From: Candidatus Wirthbacteria bacterium
GTDB taxonomy: Bacteria > Patescibacteriota > CG2-30-54-11
Assembly (NCBI GenBank): GCA_903889905.1
Contig: CAISZI010000046.1
Coordinates: 64,853 to 128,852 of the forward strand
Length of the DNA stretch: 64,000 nucleotides
Direction of reading: 5' to 3'
The notes beneath the pieces were generated by a model. The model was not told where the DNA came from. It ran no database searches and was given only the letters and a program-made list of their open reading frames with translations. The stretch's first letter is position 1. Every line of letters begins with the position of its first letter. The translations under genes were made by a program, and so were the position numbers. Shown piece after piece: positions 37,906 to 48,776 of this stretch.

Positions 37906-39119
37906 ACACCGCTCAAATCATCCAGGCTGAACACGATTTTCTCGCCCCGACCTATACCCGTCCGCCCTTTGTGCTCAATAGCGGCAAAGGCTGCTATCTG
38001 GAGGACACGGATGGCAAGCGCTACCTCGACACCGGTGCCGGCATAGCGGTCAACGCGCTCGGCTATGGTGACGACAGTCTTGCACGAGCCATGCAACAGA
38101 GCGCCATCGGACTGATCCACACCTCCAATTTGTACTACAACGAACCCCAAATACAGCTCGCCCAAATGCTTGTCAAGAATTCCTTCGCCGACAAAGTCTT
38201 CTTCGCCAATTCCGGCACCGAAGCCAACGAAGCCGCAATCAAATTTGCCCGCAAATTTCAGGTTGAAAATGGCAACCCTGACCGCAAAGACATCATCGCC
38301 TTTTACGGCAGCTTCCACGGCCGCACCATGGGCGCTCTGGCGCTTACGGACAGCGAAAAATACCAAGCTCCCTTTCGCCCGCTCATGCCCGGCGTCACCT
38401 TTGCCGAGTTCAACGACATGGCCTCTGTGCGACACAAAATCAGCAAGCATACCGCCGCAATAATCATCGAACCCATCCAGGGCGAGAGTGGCATTCACCT
38501 CGCCACCACCGCGTTTCTCCAAAACCTGCGCCAGCTTTGCACGGACCAAGGCATCTTGCTCATCTGCGATGAAGTCCAATGTGGCCTGGGCCGTACCGGC
38601 AAGCTCTGGGCTCACCAGCACGCCAGCATCACACCCGACCTCATGACCATTGCCAAACCGCTCGCGGCCGGACTTCCGCTTGGCGCCGTGCTCATGATCG
38701 ACCAGGTTGCGAGCGCCATGCATACAAGCGAACACGGAACGACCTTTGGCGGAGGTCCTTTTGTCTGCAGTGTCGCGTTGCATGTTCTCCAAAGATTATG
38801 CGACCCAAAATTCCTGTCCCACGTCCAAACAACTGGCGAAGATCTCATGACCAAACTCAAACAGCTCCAGTCTCCACTGCTCAAGGAAGTTCGGGGGATG
38901 GGGCTGATGATCGGCGTAGAACTTACCATCGACGTGGGCAAAGTCAAAAAATTGGCCTACGAGCAAGGCTTGATCCTGATTCAAGCCAGGGACAATGTGC
39001 TCCGACTGATCCCCCCGCTGATTTGGGGAAAAGCGGAAACCGAAGCACTCCTCAATCGATTGACCGGATTACTTATTCCAGAACTCATCGCTATCGAGCA
39101 AAATGGACGTCAGCCGTAA
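37902..39119 (+). CDS. argD: Acetylornithine aminotransferase (class III PLP aminotransferase)
   Basis: GSFHGRT...; LICDEVQCGLGRTGK PLP-lysine motif; start overlaps the argB stop. Confidence 0.9.
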   Translation: MNTAQIIQAEHDFLAPTYTRPPFVLNSGKGCYLEDTDGKRYLDTGAGIAVNALGYGDDSLARAMQQSAIGLIHTSNLYYNEPQIQLAQMLVKNSFADKVFFANSGTEANEAAIKFARKFQVENGNPDRKDIIAFYGSFHGRTMGALALTDSEKYQAPFRPLMPGVTFAEFNDMASVRHKISKHTAAIIIEPIQGESGIHLATTAFLQNLRQLCTDQGILLICDEVQCGLGRTGKLWAHQHASITPDLMTIAKPLAAGLPLGAVLMIDQVASAMHTSEHGTTFGGGPFVCSVALHVLQRLCDPKFLSHVQTTGEDLMTKLKQLQSPLLKEVRGMGLMIGVELTIDVGKVKKLAYEQGLILIQARDNVLRLIPPLIWGKAETEALLNRLTGLLIPELIAIEQNGRQP

Positions 39120-42100
39120 ACGATCCATGCCTTGCTGCAACAAACTGACAAAATACTGTTCACCGGCGCTGTCTGTACCGCGCTCCAAAATTTGCTGGTA
39201 CTGCTCCTGCACATATTTGGCATTAAATTCATATGAAATAAAAAAGTCACGGATCACCTGCTGCTTGGTTTTGACACCATCATTGATGACACTGGTCCAG
39301 TACGCCATACCATTGGGCTCACCGGCCCGATTCATGAAATTCAAGTAAAGCGCCTGCATAAAACTTGTCGTATTCTGATCTAAAAACTCCGGTGCATCGA
39401 CAAAGTTGGCGATCAGGTCTGTTTTGCTAAGCCCCTGCAACATTTGGGTGGTCCAGTAACTTAGTCCAGCTGGATCGGCATCACGCTGCATAAAAGTATG
39501 ATAAATATTCTGCACATAATTGCGGTAATCCTCTTCTGTATTGAGATAAGCACGGATGATACCCAGTTTCGTTGCCTGACCACTTAACAACCGGTTTTCC
39601 CAGTAGGACAATCCATTGGGATCCGCATTGCGGCCAAGCACCCGGGTATACATGCGTTTGACAAAACTGTACGCACGCACCTCGCCAAGCGGTTTGATAT
39701 TGCTGACAATCACGGTAATGTCATTACTATTCCCGGCCACGTCCATCATGCTAAAAGTAAAATTCCCGTTTTGCGTAAAGCTGTAGCTAAAACTACCACC
39801 GTTATTCGTCATCGTCACGGGTTCATTGGCCGTCACTGTTACCACGACCGGGCCCAATGTCGGCTCGGTGGTGGAGTACATCGTATTGAGCAGTTGCGGA
39901 CGGGTATAATCAATACCGCTGATTTCCGCTGACGGCAGATAGTCACTGTTCCCATTGCCATCCGTCGCGCGAAAACAAACGACTTTTCCATTATCCGATT
40001 CTGCGGTAAAAACGATTGCGTGCTGATCGATAAAGCCACTACCGCTGCAATCTTCCTGCTTGTTCGCCAGGACTTTAAGCATCAAAGTACCGTAGTTGAC
40101 GACGGCAGAAACCACCTTGCCATGCGCGGGAGTCAGTGTTGGGTCCGTGATCTGGATGACTGGCAAGGCAGCGGCGATTCCCGCGATCGCGACGGAAAGT
40201 TGATAATCATGATTGCCGAGACTATCGAAGGCGTAATAACAGACCCGCTTGCCATTATCGGCGACATTGCTGAAAGTCAGGCTTTGATAGGTACCAAAGG
40301 TTAATGTTGCGTCACAGACCGCACCTGTCGTCACCGCTTGCGTCAAAGTGCCTTTATTGGCACTGGCTGTGATTGTTTTGGTCGTGGCAAGGGAGCTATC
40401 CGGAGCATGAATGGTGATGACTGGTTTGGTGATGTCGATGTTAATGGGATAAGCCGACGCCAGCTCGCTCGCATTATGTGAAGCATCTTCACCATACAGG
40501 CAAAGATACTGGCCATCGTGCGTTTGATCGGTTTGATTCATGCTGTCGCTGTCGACATGATCGTAATCGCTGGCGCTGACTGAACAGGTCGTATTGATGT
40601 TATATTTCCATTTTTTTACACTGGCGTCGCCCCAGCTTGCCGCGATCGTGTCACTGAGAACTGGTCCCTGCGCCACATTGTCGGTAAAGCTCAAAGTGGG
40701 CGGGATCACGTCCATATTTTGTGCTGCCACCACCGCCTGATAGGCATTCAGCCGTTTGCCGCCAATCACTTTGCTGGACAGGCTGGCAAGCACGTCGCCA
40801 GTCTGCAGTAGAGCCGTTTTGATATTGCTGGCCGAAAGGTCCGGTCGCATACCCATCATCATGGCGACTGTGCCCGCAACATAGGGCGTGGCCATCGAGG
40901 TGCCATCTTTAAAAACATAAGACCCCACTGCAGCGGCGGTGTCATAAAGGTTGAGATTGTCGATGTAGCAGGCATCGTTGGGCTTGTCTCCGCCAGCGGC
41001 ATCGGTATGCCAGACAAAGCGGACCCGAAAAGCAGACCCGGCATAATTGCTCAAATCAAACGTGGTGGTACCAGAACCATAGCTGGGTGCAAAACCCAGG
41101 ACTCCCCAGGTTGTCCCATTGGCCGACGCTTGCATTTCAAGGTAATCGGGACTGGTATGGGTAGCGCTGATCAGGGCAATGTCACAACGGTAATCAAATT
41201 TAATATACCCGCCCCCATAACTCATGGCATTGGAAGTCAGGATTGAGTCCACTCCAGCACGGTAGTTGGGATAGCTAGCATCACTATAAAGCACCGTGTT
41301 GTTGGTAATGTTAGAGTGATACGTGGCCCATGTACCACTTCCCGTTTGGGTGAAATACGTACCCAGTCCCGGGGGTGTTACCGATTCAAAATTTTCAGTC
41401 ACTGCAATATCCGGCACTGTACTCAAAATCGTTTGACCAGGCGCAGCCAGATCCACCGTGGTGGCGCCATAATCGGAAAAGGAACTGAGTTGATCGCTGG
41501 AATTTGATGCGGCAACAACGATTACGTTACCCAAACCTGGCCCCGCCGGAGAGGTGGACTTGAAGCCAGCCGGATAGTCGACATAAGCACCGCCCAGATC
41601 ATGATTATAAGCTGAATTTCCGGCTGCTGCCACAAACAATCCCGGGAATCCCGCAATCGCGTTATACATGGCCTGGTCGATGGAGACATCACCATAGCCA
41701 CCAAAACTGGCATTGATCACCTTGGCGCCATTGACACCGGCAAAATGAATGGCCTGCACAATTTGAGCGGTAGACAGGTCGGTCTTGAGCGCCATGATTC
41801 TGGCATTGGACGCTATGCCGGCCACACCAATGCTATTGTTAATTTGCGCGGCAATAATCCCGGCCACATGTGTCCCATGATCACTGCTGGTGGGTAAAGG
41901 AATCTTGTCATTGTCTTCAAAGTCATAACCATGCTGGCAACCTCCTAATGCAGCGCCTTGATCATCCAGACAGCTACTACCATCCCACATACTGGCAAGT
42001 AAATCCGGATGATTGTAAGCAACGCCAAGGTCAATCACAGCCACAGTCACTGCCGGAATGCTATTGCCTGCCTGACTCCATGCCTGCGGCCCATCAATAT

Positions 42101-42560
42101 CAGCATCGTTCGTGCCAGCAGTGCCATTCACACTTTGGCCCGTGTTATCCAGTCCCCACAGTGAACTGGCATAGGTATCGTTGGTGCCCAACGCGGATTC
42201 ACGATATTGATAATTGGGTTGGGCATATTCAACCAGCGGATCGTTTTGCAGTTCTTTGACTTTATCAGCCACCGATTTGCCATCATCAATTTTAGCAACA
42301 CTCATCTGGGTGCTGACCTGATCAAGACGGATCAGTTTGTGCCAGTTTTCACTACTCATGGCCTGCGCGGAATCGACCGTAACACCTTGACCGGATTTGT
42401 ATTTGATCAGTACTTCGCCGTCTTTGTAGGGAGGCAGAGATTGTGTCGTTGTCGTAAAAGTCGAAAAACCCGTTTTTTGCTCACCCTGCACCGGCAAGAC
42501 AAAGAGAAAAAGACTGAGCAAACCTGCAATAAAACACGTCAAACCCTTTTTGGTACCCAT
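39069..42560 (-). CDS. Large secreted subtilisin-like (S8) serine protease with a long beta-rich middle region and C-terminal DUF4214 repeats
   Basis: Signal peptide; catalytic triad contexts VIDLGV(D), HGTHVAGII(H), GTSMATPYVAG(S); three C-terminal repeats of the ...DADPAGLSYW... type. 1163 aa. Convergently overlaps the argD 3' end by 51 nt. Confidence 0.85.
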   Translation of the reverse strand: MGTKKGLTCFIAGLLSLFLFVLPVQGEQKTGFSTFTTTTQSLPPYKDGEVLIKYKSGQGVTVDSAQAMSSENWHKLIRLDQVSTQMSVAKIDDGKSVADKVKELQNDPLVEYAQPNYQYRESALGTNDTYASSLWGLDNTGQSVNGTAGTNDADIDGPQAWSQAGNSIPAVTVAVIDLGVAYNHPDLLASMWDGSSCLDDQGAALGGCQHGYDFEDNDKIPLPTSSDHGTHVAGIIAAQINNSIGVAGIASNARIMALKTDLSTAQIVQAIHFAGVNGAKVINASFGGYGDVSIDQAMYNAIAGFPGLFVAAAGNSAYNHDLGGAYVDYPAGFKSTSPAGPGLGNVIVVAASNSSDQLSSFSDYGATTVDLAAPGQTILSTVPDIAVTENFESVTPPGLGTYFTQTGSGTWATYHSNITNNTVLYSDASYPNYRAGVDSILTSNAMSYGGGYIKFDYRCDIALISATHTSPDYLEMQASANGTTWGVLGFAPSYGSGTTTFDLSNYAGSAFRVRFVWHTDAAGGDKPNDACYIDNLNLYDTAAAVGSYVFKDGTSMATPYVAGTVAMMMGMRPDLSASNIKTALLQTGDVLASLSSKVIGGKRLNAYQAVVAAQNMDVIPPTLSFTDNVAQGPVLSDTIAASWGDASVKKWKYNINTTCSVSASDYDHVDSDSMNQTDQTHDGQYLCLYGEDASHNASELASAYPINIDITKPVITIHAPDSSLATTKTITASANKGTLTQAVTTGAVCDATLTFGTYQSLTFSNVADNGKRVCYYAFDSLGNHDYQLSVAIAGIAAALPVIQITDPTLTPAHGKVVSAVVNYGTLMLKVLANKQEDCSGSGFIDQHAIVFTAESDNGKVVCFRATDGNGNSDYLPSAEISGIDYTRPQLLNTMYSTTEPTLGPVVVTVTANEPVTMTNNGGSFSYSFTQNGNFTFSMMDVAGNSNDITVIVSNIKPLGEVRAYSFVKRMYTRVLGRNADPNGLSYWENRLLSGQATKLGIIRAYLNTEEDYRNYVQNIYHTFMQRDADPAGLSYWTTQMLQGLSKTDLIANFVDAPEFLDQNTTSFMQALYLNFMNRAGEPNGMAYWTSVINDGVKTKQQVIRDFFISYEFNAKYVQEQYQQILERGTDSAGEQYFVSLLQQGMDRLRLTSILLDSDEFWNK

Positions 42561-42779
42561 CTTTTCTCATTTTTGTTTTTAAGCCTTCATTTAATTATAC
42601 CGCAACCTCCATTATTTCTCCATCTAATCATCGCTGTCCCACACAGTGACAATGCTGAGCACAACAGCAAAATCAAGTTGTCGGTTACCACTCCAGTACC
42701 TAACCCAGTCATACTAAATAGTTTTGTTCATTTATACACAAAAACCACTCATCAAAGAAAGTTTGAGCCTTCCCCTGCT

Positions 42780-45700
42780 TTACTCGCCAGGAGTAATCAC
42801 CTTGCCTGCTTGACTCAACACCGTCCCGACGATTTGGCCATACTGCACTACCATTTCCGGAGAAAAATGCAATGCTGACAGGGTAGAATTGAGGGAATTG
42901 AGCATGCTCACTAATGATTCGATGCCTCCTTCAATCCGATTGCGATGGCTCCAGCTCAGCAAATCGGCCAGCAACCCGTCCAGCGAAACATTCTCACTGG
43001 TATATCGATCCGGTTCTTGCACCTTGAATTTTTCATCCAATAAGTTGGCCATCATCTCCACGTTCCTGCTGACCACGGCTAACATCAACCCAAAGTACAA
43101 ATCCCAGTCTTCTGCCTTGAACTCAACAATTTCGCCAAAATCAAGCAAAGATGTCTGCTCTCCATTGACCATTAAATTTCCGGGATGTAAATCGCGCGGA
43201 TAGCGGTGTCCCTGTTTCATGACTTCCACCATCTGCCCAAGTGCTTTCATGATTTGTAGGGCCAGGGTCGGATTGTTTTCAACATCCTCTCCCACCATTG
43301 ACGGTTGCTTCACTGCATCACTGCTTATCTGTGCCAACGTCTTGCCTGCTATTTTTTGCATAATCAAAACGCGTTTGTCTGGCACACTGTTCACCGCAGG
43401 GATACCGAGATCAAGGCCAAGCGCTCTTACCTGATTGGCATACCACTGCATATTAGTCGCTTCATGTCGCATATCGATCGACCCTTCCAACTCCCGGAAC
43501 AGATCCTGCAGTAAACTGTCAATATCCACTTTCACAATGCCCTGTTGGTGTAACTTGGCAAAAATGGTGGTGGCGTAATTCTTGAGTTTTCCTAGATGAC
43601 GTTTGGTTAAATGCAAACGCACAATTTTGGCAACTTTGGTCACCTTATCCTCTTGTCCGTGAGCGGATTTGGGTAGCAATTCCACAACCGTGGCCTTACT
43701 GGCACTGCCCAATACCTTGCCAAATCCATCGAACTGCCCAGTCAATCCCAACTGCCGGAATAAATCCATCAAAGCTGATTTGGATATATCAGGTAAGTCA
43801 TCATAGAACGTCTGCAACTCACCCCGCAGGCCGGCGTCCTGTATCAAACTGGCATTCTGTCCCGCGATCCGTCCCAACAAGTCGCCGGCGGAAAGCATCA
43901 TGGCAATCAATTCCGACTTCGTCGGTCGACGCTCACTTTCTGCATCGAACCGGATCACCAACTCGACAAATTGCGCCAGGAGCTCGGCCCGATCTTCGGG
44001 CGTGACACTGCCAAAGACTGTCTCCAACACCGTCTGCAGTGTTTGCTTTTCTGTTGCACTCCATGTCTCAGATGTCGCAGCTTCGCCAGAATCCGTTGGC
44101 GATGGTGTTGTGTAATAATCGACGATATCGTGCAACCATTTCAACCCCGCTGTGGCAAAGTTTTCGGCTGTCATAAAGCCATTGTTGCTGACTGCCAGTC
44201 GATAGACAATCTCGCGCACTTCACTGTGACTGGCAGTGCGAAACAATTTACCCAGGGAATTAAAACTGAGCGTTTTGATCTCACCCGAAACTCCGCTCAG
44301 GCTATCTGCCAGAAACGAAACAGTACCTGTTTCATCATCTGAGGGAATCACAAAAACCAGATTGAGAAAATCCACTGCATAAATTTCCCCATTTTTACTA
44401 CTTTTGCCGGAACCTCTTTGCAATGATGCCCCTAACTGTTTTCCAAGACGCTCATGGTGCTTAGTAAACTCTGTCAGCCGCTGTTCAAAAGTGGAAACTC
44501 TCGACCGCCTGCGTTGCAGTTCTGGTTCGTTATTGGGATGCAGAAACACGAGCAACAGTTCGATGATTTCATCCAAAGCTACGGCGATTTCTGCAGCAGT
44601 GAATTTGGGATTATTTTTGTTAATATCCCGAACCCCATCTGAAAGACGCTTCTGCAACAATCCTGCCAAATTGGATCGGACGCGCGGAGTAAAAAAATCT
44701 TTTGTAATATCCTGCGGACACAACACGTGCTCACGTCGATCCAACAAAAATGTCATCATGTCCGCATTGTTCTGAGGAGGCTGATGGTCAGCCAATCCCG
44801 AAAGCAATCCCAGCCCATACCCCCGTGCTGCCAAGGTGTCGATATTCGTTGCATAATTATAACCAATTTGCAGTTGTCGCGCCTTTTGAATTTGTTCCCA
44901 GGTGGCAGAATGGGTTCGCAATAACTGTTCAATTATATTGTCTCTCGCAGAGTTCGGCTCAGGTAAATATTTTTCGACAATCGCCATCAGCTGCATTAAA
45001 TCATTGCTGGCGTTGTGGTCCAATTCCAGCATGGTCAATTTCACACCCAGATGGGCTTTTAATTCAGGTCCATGGCTCAAATCCCAAGCTGCTTTGCATA
45101 CCGCCAAGGAATCTTCGTCCGCGGCCAACGGTTGGTTGCGATAAAGATAATCAAACAGAAGTTGTCCAATCAATAAATCCCGATACAAAGAAGACGGCAT
45201 GTATGCTTCAATCTGAGCCATTGTCTCAAACAAATCCCAACCCTGTTCGATCTGTTTGTTAAAAAAATCAGTATAAACATTTTTTCTTCTGATGCCATAG
45301 ACAAGCGATTTTCGCGCAACTTGTTTGAGGGCATCTTCCTTTGCAAGCTTTTCAACTTCGTGCTGGAAGCGGTAATGTAGTGAGTCATCATATTCAACCA
45401 ACATGCGCTCCTGCTGCAACGCTATGCGTTCGGACCAATCTGAAGAGCGCAAGGCAATATCGTATCGGAAACCGTCCAGGACAGGCATCAGCTTAATCAT
45501 ATCCGCAGAATCTCCCTCCTGCCTGTCAACCGCCGCATAATATGCCGGACTGAGTTGTCGCAACACGAAACGAGTTAGATCCAATCCCACTTCATCATCA
45601 TAACCCAAGAAATCGACCAGTTGATTGTCTTTATAGGCACAGGCTGGATAACGCTCCAATTGACGCATGCGAGTGATTGTATACACTTTCTTAGCGATTT

Positions 45701-48677
45701 TTTGTACCAGAGCAACCAGAGGTTTCCCCTCTTCCACGGTAATGATTTTTTGTCTCAATCCTGCCAATACCTTTAAGGGATCGTCCACGTCATCCAAAAT
45801 AGCGAGTATGCCGGCAACAATCTCAGGATCAAGCTCAGCAACTGGCAAAAAGCGCTCTTCAAACAGAGTACTAAGCCTATTGTATATGGCTGAAATTGCT
45901 TTCGAGTGCTCGTCACCACCTGGAACAAGGTCCAAAAATTGGCAAGCATGCGACAACATGTGTTCCCGCTGTGCAGCAGTCATCCCCTGTTTGTCCTGTA
46001 TTGTTTGTAAAATTGTCCCGGCTAAGCGCGCCGCCCATTCAGGGGTCATTTCGGCACGGGGGACATCTTTTAATTCCTTTGGCAGGCGATCTCCCCCGTC
46101 GGACCAAATCAACCCGAAATCCACCTCCTGATAACTTTCGGCATGTTTATTCCTGATGAGGTAAAGTTTGCTTTGTTTACCGTCAGATCGAGATGTACGG
46201 AACTGTTGTAATAAATCCCCTTTGTATCCCAACCAACCGCCAGCGGCGATGTAAGCATTCAGCTTTTCCAAATCGAGTTGACGGTTGTCACCATCCAGAC
46301 CAAGCGCCTGCTGCATCCAGTCATGATAGAACCGCTCGTCCAGATGCGCCCCAATCAGGGGCAAATACTGCTCGTACAATTCAATCCGACCCGCCGATTG
46401 CAAAATGGTAAATATCTGTTCCGTATCCAAACTGTGCTGACCTATCCCCAGATCAATGATTTGCCGGTAGGTGTCGACGGGCAGGGAAAGGCGATCACCC
46501 CGCTCTATGTTTTTCCCTTTGGAAGCAGGAAAAAAGCGCCGTATGAAACGATCCTGATTTGCTTTGCCCAGGGCCATACTTCCAGCTACCAGAGTGGCTA
46601 AATCCTCATTTCCCAAGTAAGCACCAGGAGCATCTGAATAGGTATCTGTCAACGTAACTGAGGTCGGATAACTGCCAGTATCCACCAGAATTCCACCCTC
46701 GCCTTCCAATTTCAGAACATTCGCCATGGGCAAAAGTTCAGATTCAAACCCCACAAATTGACTCAAATAATTTCCCAACGCTTGACCAAAACGACTAAAT
46801 CGTTTACCCGCAATCAGACGTTTGGAGTTGGCGTCCCCACGTTGAAATGCCAAAACGCGACGCTTTACAAGTTGTTGCAAATCCGCTGCTGCCAACGCAT
46901 CCATATCCGGGGAGCCCTTTAGCGCAGGCAAGTCCAGACCAGCCTCACGGCCGATTAGCTCCGTCAGATGATTGCGAATTGCCTCTGATTGCACTCCTTG
47001 ACGCTCCAGTGCAGCTATTAACGCTTGTTGAACACGCTGCCAATCCAGATCATGTTGCGACCGCAGCGTTGCATTGATCAAAGCCGTCGGCTTTCCTCTC
47101 TGGGCAGCCGCCTGCAACATATTCAAAGCGATCAAATCCTCAAATTGATCCAGCATCACCGTCAGATTGTCCCAGTTGATATCATATTTTTGATTGGCAA
47201 TCCTGGCTTGCCGTCTACCATAAGGATTCTCGTCATCTTCTTCATCGTCTGCTGACTTACTGCCCATACTTTCAGTCAAAATGTTAAAAATCTGTTCAGG
47301 TTCTCCCTGAATACCCAAAACATCCCACAATTCGCGATCGTAAGTTATTTTTTTTTGATCATAATGAAAAGTATCCCTCAGTGTACTCTGCCAGGTCCGC
47401 AGTCGGCTGAGCAAATCCTCTCTGCCAAACAGAAGCAGTTCTCCACCATCGATCGCCCGCATCCAGTCCACCAGACTACGATTCCCCAAACGGTTGCAGA
47501 CCTCTCTCGCCCGCATGAAATTATTCTCAAATCGGGTCCACCCACGCGCGTTCGGTTTTTCTTTGGACAATGGTTGAGTCATCACCTCGATACCCTGCGC
47601 ACGCATTTCCCGTAATTTGCGAAACAAATGCAAGCCATCGCGCTGCAACGGTAAATCCTCCCAATTAGCAAAATCGACATTATCTTGGTCAAACAGTTCA
47701 TCCCCTCTCTGGAGATGCTCAAACGCATGCCAACCGCTGATAAACAGCGCTCCAAAATCTGGCCGGTTGCTAAGTTCCAATGCAGCTTCCGCCTGATGCC
47801 AATCACCAATACCATAAGCCGCTTCCACTAGCTGGCTCAAACTGCCGGACTGGTCCAGCGTCGCTTCCGCATCCGGCAACGAACCAATGTGATAAACAGC
47901 TTCGTTTTGTTGGCGTTGGTGTTGTTCGACTTTGGCTAACTGCTGTAAAGCTTCTGCCGGCACTCGTATTGATCGCAAATCCCGACCATGCAGATAGAGT
48001 TGCGGATCTTGAGTAATCACCATTGCAGAATTCAAACGGTCAGATGTTCCCGGATGTGTTGGATTCAAATCCAGCTCGTCCTCACTGCCTGTTTGTTCCC
48101 GTTCTTGCTGAGATCGCTCACGCAGGAAACGGAAAGCCTTTTCCGCATCTTGGGCATTAAAAAACTGGGCACAACGCAGTAATGCTTCCACATCACAAAA
48201 CCGTTCACCAATAAACTGTCGCTCGGCACCCTCGTCACTATGAAAAAATTCATGCAGCTGCAACAATGCCAACATCCCATGGTTCAACTCAACCTTATGC
48301 GTACGTCTGACTTGTCCAAATTCACTCAGCTCCCGGATTGCTCCCGCCGACAGTACAATAAGCCGAGCCGAGGACACCGTCTCACAAACAAAAGCATCAT
48401 CCGCAACTACAACTAACTTGTAATGCTCTCCTGGCAAAACTTTTTCCATAATGCCCTGCAAAACAGCATAAATTGGTTGTTCTGCCGGAACCAGTTGCCC
48501 TTTTTCCCGATATTTTTCAAGTTCGCGCAGCGCTTGAAGCTCACTGACGGCTACGTTTCTTTTGTCATCAACAACCCGATCGAAGGCTTCCGCATCCAGG
48601 CTCAGTGGCTGTGAACGTTCCGACGTTGGCGCTAATTCTGCTATATTCTCCTGTTGGCGTGCTGGCTTACTCGGCAT
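42780..48677 (-). CDS. Giant 1965-aa cytoplasmic protein with an N-terminal HExxH (zincin/M48-like) region and a C-terminal ABC1/UbiB-type atypical kinase domain
   Basis: Uninterrupted ORF. N-terminus ...RLIVLSAGAIREL...LNHGMLALLQLHEFFHSDEG. The C-terminal 450 aa carry UbiB/ADCK motifs LGSASKATVVEL, (K)VAKIVRLH, EATNMQWY, DLHPGNLMV, LLDFGEI. No signal peptide or TM helix. Confidence 0.75.
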   Translation of the reverse strand: MPSKPARQQENIAELAPTSERSQPLSLDAEAFDRVVDDKRNVAVSELQALRELEKYREKGQLVPAEQPIYAVLQGIMEKVLPGEHYKLVVVADDAFVCETVSSARLIVLSAGAIRELSEFGQVRRTHKVELNHGMLALLQLHEFFHSDEGAERQFIGERFCDVEALLRCAQFFNAQDAEKAFRFLRERSQQEREQTGSEDELDLNPTHPGTSDRLNSAMVITQDPQLYLHGRDLRSIRVPAEALQQLAKVEQHQRQQNEAVYHIGSLPDAEATLDQSGSLSQLVEAAYGIGDWHQAEAALELSNRPDFGALFISGWHAFEHLQRGDELFDQDNVDFANWEDLPLQRDGLHLFRKLREMRAQGIEVMTQPLSKEKPNARGWTRFENNFMRAREVCNRLGNRSLVDWMRAIDGGELLLFGREDLLSRLRTWQSTLRDTFHYDQKKITYDRELWDVLGIQGEPEQIFNILTESMGSKSADDEEDDENPYGRRQARIANQKYDINWDNLTVMLDQFEDLIALNMLQAAAQRGKPTALINATLRSQHDLDWQRVQQALIAALERQGVQSEAIRNHLTELIGREAGLDLPALKGSPDMDALAAADLQQLVKRRVLAFQRGDANSKRLIAGKRFSRFGQALGNYLSQFVGFESELLPMANVLKLEGEGGILVDTGSYPTSVTLTDTYSDAPGAYLGNEDLATLVAGSMALGKANQDRFIRRFFPASKGKNIERGDRLSLPVDTYRQIIDLGIGQHSLDTEQIFTILQSAGRIELYEQYLPLIGAHLDERFYHDWMQQALGLDGDNRQLDLEKLNAYIAAGGWLGYKGDLLQQFRTSRSDGKQSKLYLIRNKHAESYQEVDFGLIWSDGGDRLPKELKDVPRAEMTPEWAARLAGTILQTIQDKQGMTAAQREHMLSHACQFLDLVPGGDEHSKAISAIYNRLSTLFEERFLPVAELDPEIVAGILAILDDVDDPLKVLAGLRQKIITVEEGKPLVALVQKIAKKVYTITRMRQLERYPACAYKDNQLVDFLGYDDEVGLDLTRFVLRQLSPAYYAAVDRQEGDSADMIKLMPVLDGFRYDIALRSSDWSERIALQQERMLVEYDDSLHYRFQHEVEKLAKEDALKQVARKSLVYGIRRKNVYTDFFNKQIEQGWDLFETMAQIEAYMPSSLYRDLLIGQLLFDYLYRNQPLAADEDSLAVCKAAWDLSHGPELKAHLGVKLTMLELDHNASNDLMQLMAIVEKYLPEPNSARDNIIEQLLRTHSATWEQIQKARQLQIGYNYATNIDTLAARGYGLGLLSGLADHQPPQNNADMMTFLLDRREHVLCPQDITKDFFTPRVRSNLAGLLQKRLSDGVRDINKNNPKFTAAEIAVALDEIIELLLVFLHPNNEPELQRRRSRVSTFEQRLTEFTKHHERLGKQLGASLQRGSGKSSKNGEIYAVDFLNLVFVIPSDDETGTVSFLADSLSGVSGEIKTLSFNSLGKLFRTASHSEVREIVYRLAVSNNGFMTAENFATAGLKWLHDIVDYYTTPSPTDSGEAATSETWSATEKQTLQTVLETVFGSVTPEDRAELLAQFVELVIRFDAESERRPTKSELIAMMLSAGDLLGRIAGQNASLIQDAGLRGELQTFYDDLPDISKSALMDLFRQLGLTGQFDGFGKVLGSASKATVVELLPKSAHGQEDKVTKVAKIVRLHLTKRHLGKLKNYATTIFAKLHQQGIVKVDIDSLLQDLFRELEGSIDMRHEATNMQWYANQVRALGLDLGIPAVNSVPDKRVLIMQKIAGKTLAQISSDAVKQPSMVGEDVENNPTLALQIMKALGQMVEVMKQGHRYPRDLHPGNLMVNGEQTSLLDFGEIVEFKAEDWDLYFGLMLAVVSRNVEMMANLLDEKFKVQEPDRYTSENVSLDGLLADLLSWSHRNRIEGGIESLVSMLNSLNSTLSALHFSPEMVVQYGQIVGTVLSQAGKVITPGE

Positions 48678-48776
48678 TCACCCTACCTGGGTACAAAATT
48701 AACTACAGAATTATATTTTACTACAACACGCTATCCCCAACAACACGCCCAAAACGAGCGCGCAGTCGTCTGGCTT

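Noticed and set aside
42889-48614. Multiple 60-170-aa ORFs on the plus strand inside the giant gene and inside the protease gene
   Set aside because: They are antisense to long well-supported ORFs, have no motifs, and lengths are typical of random frames in 50% GC DNA.
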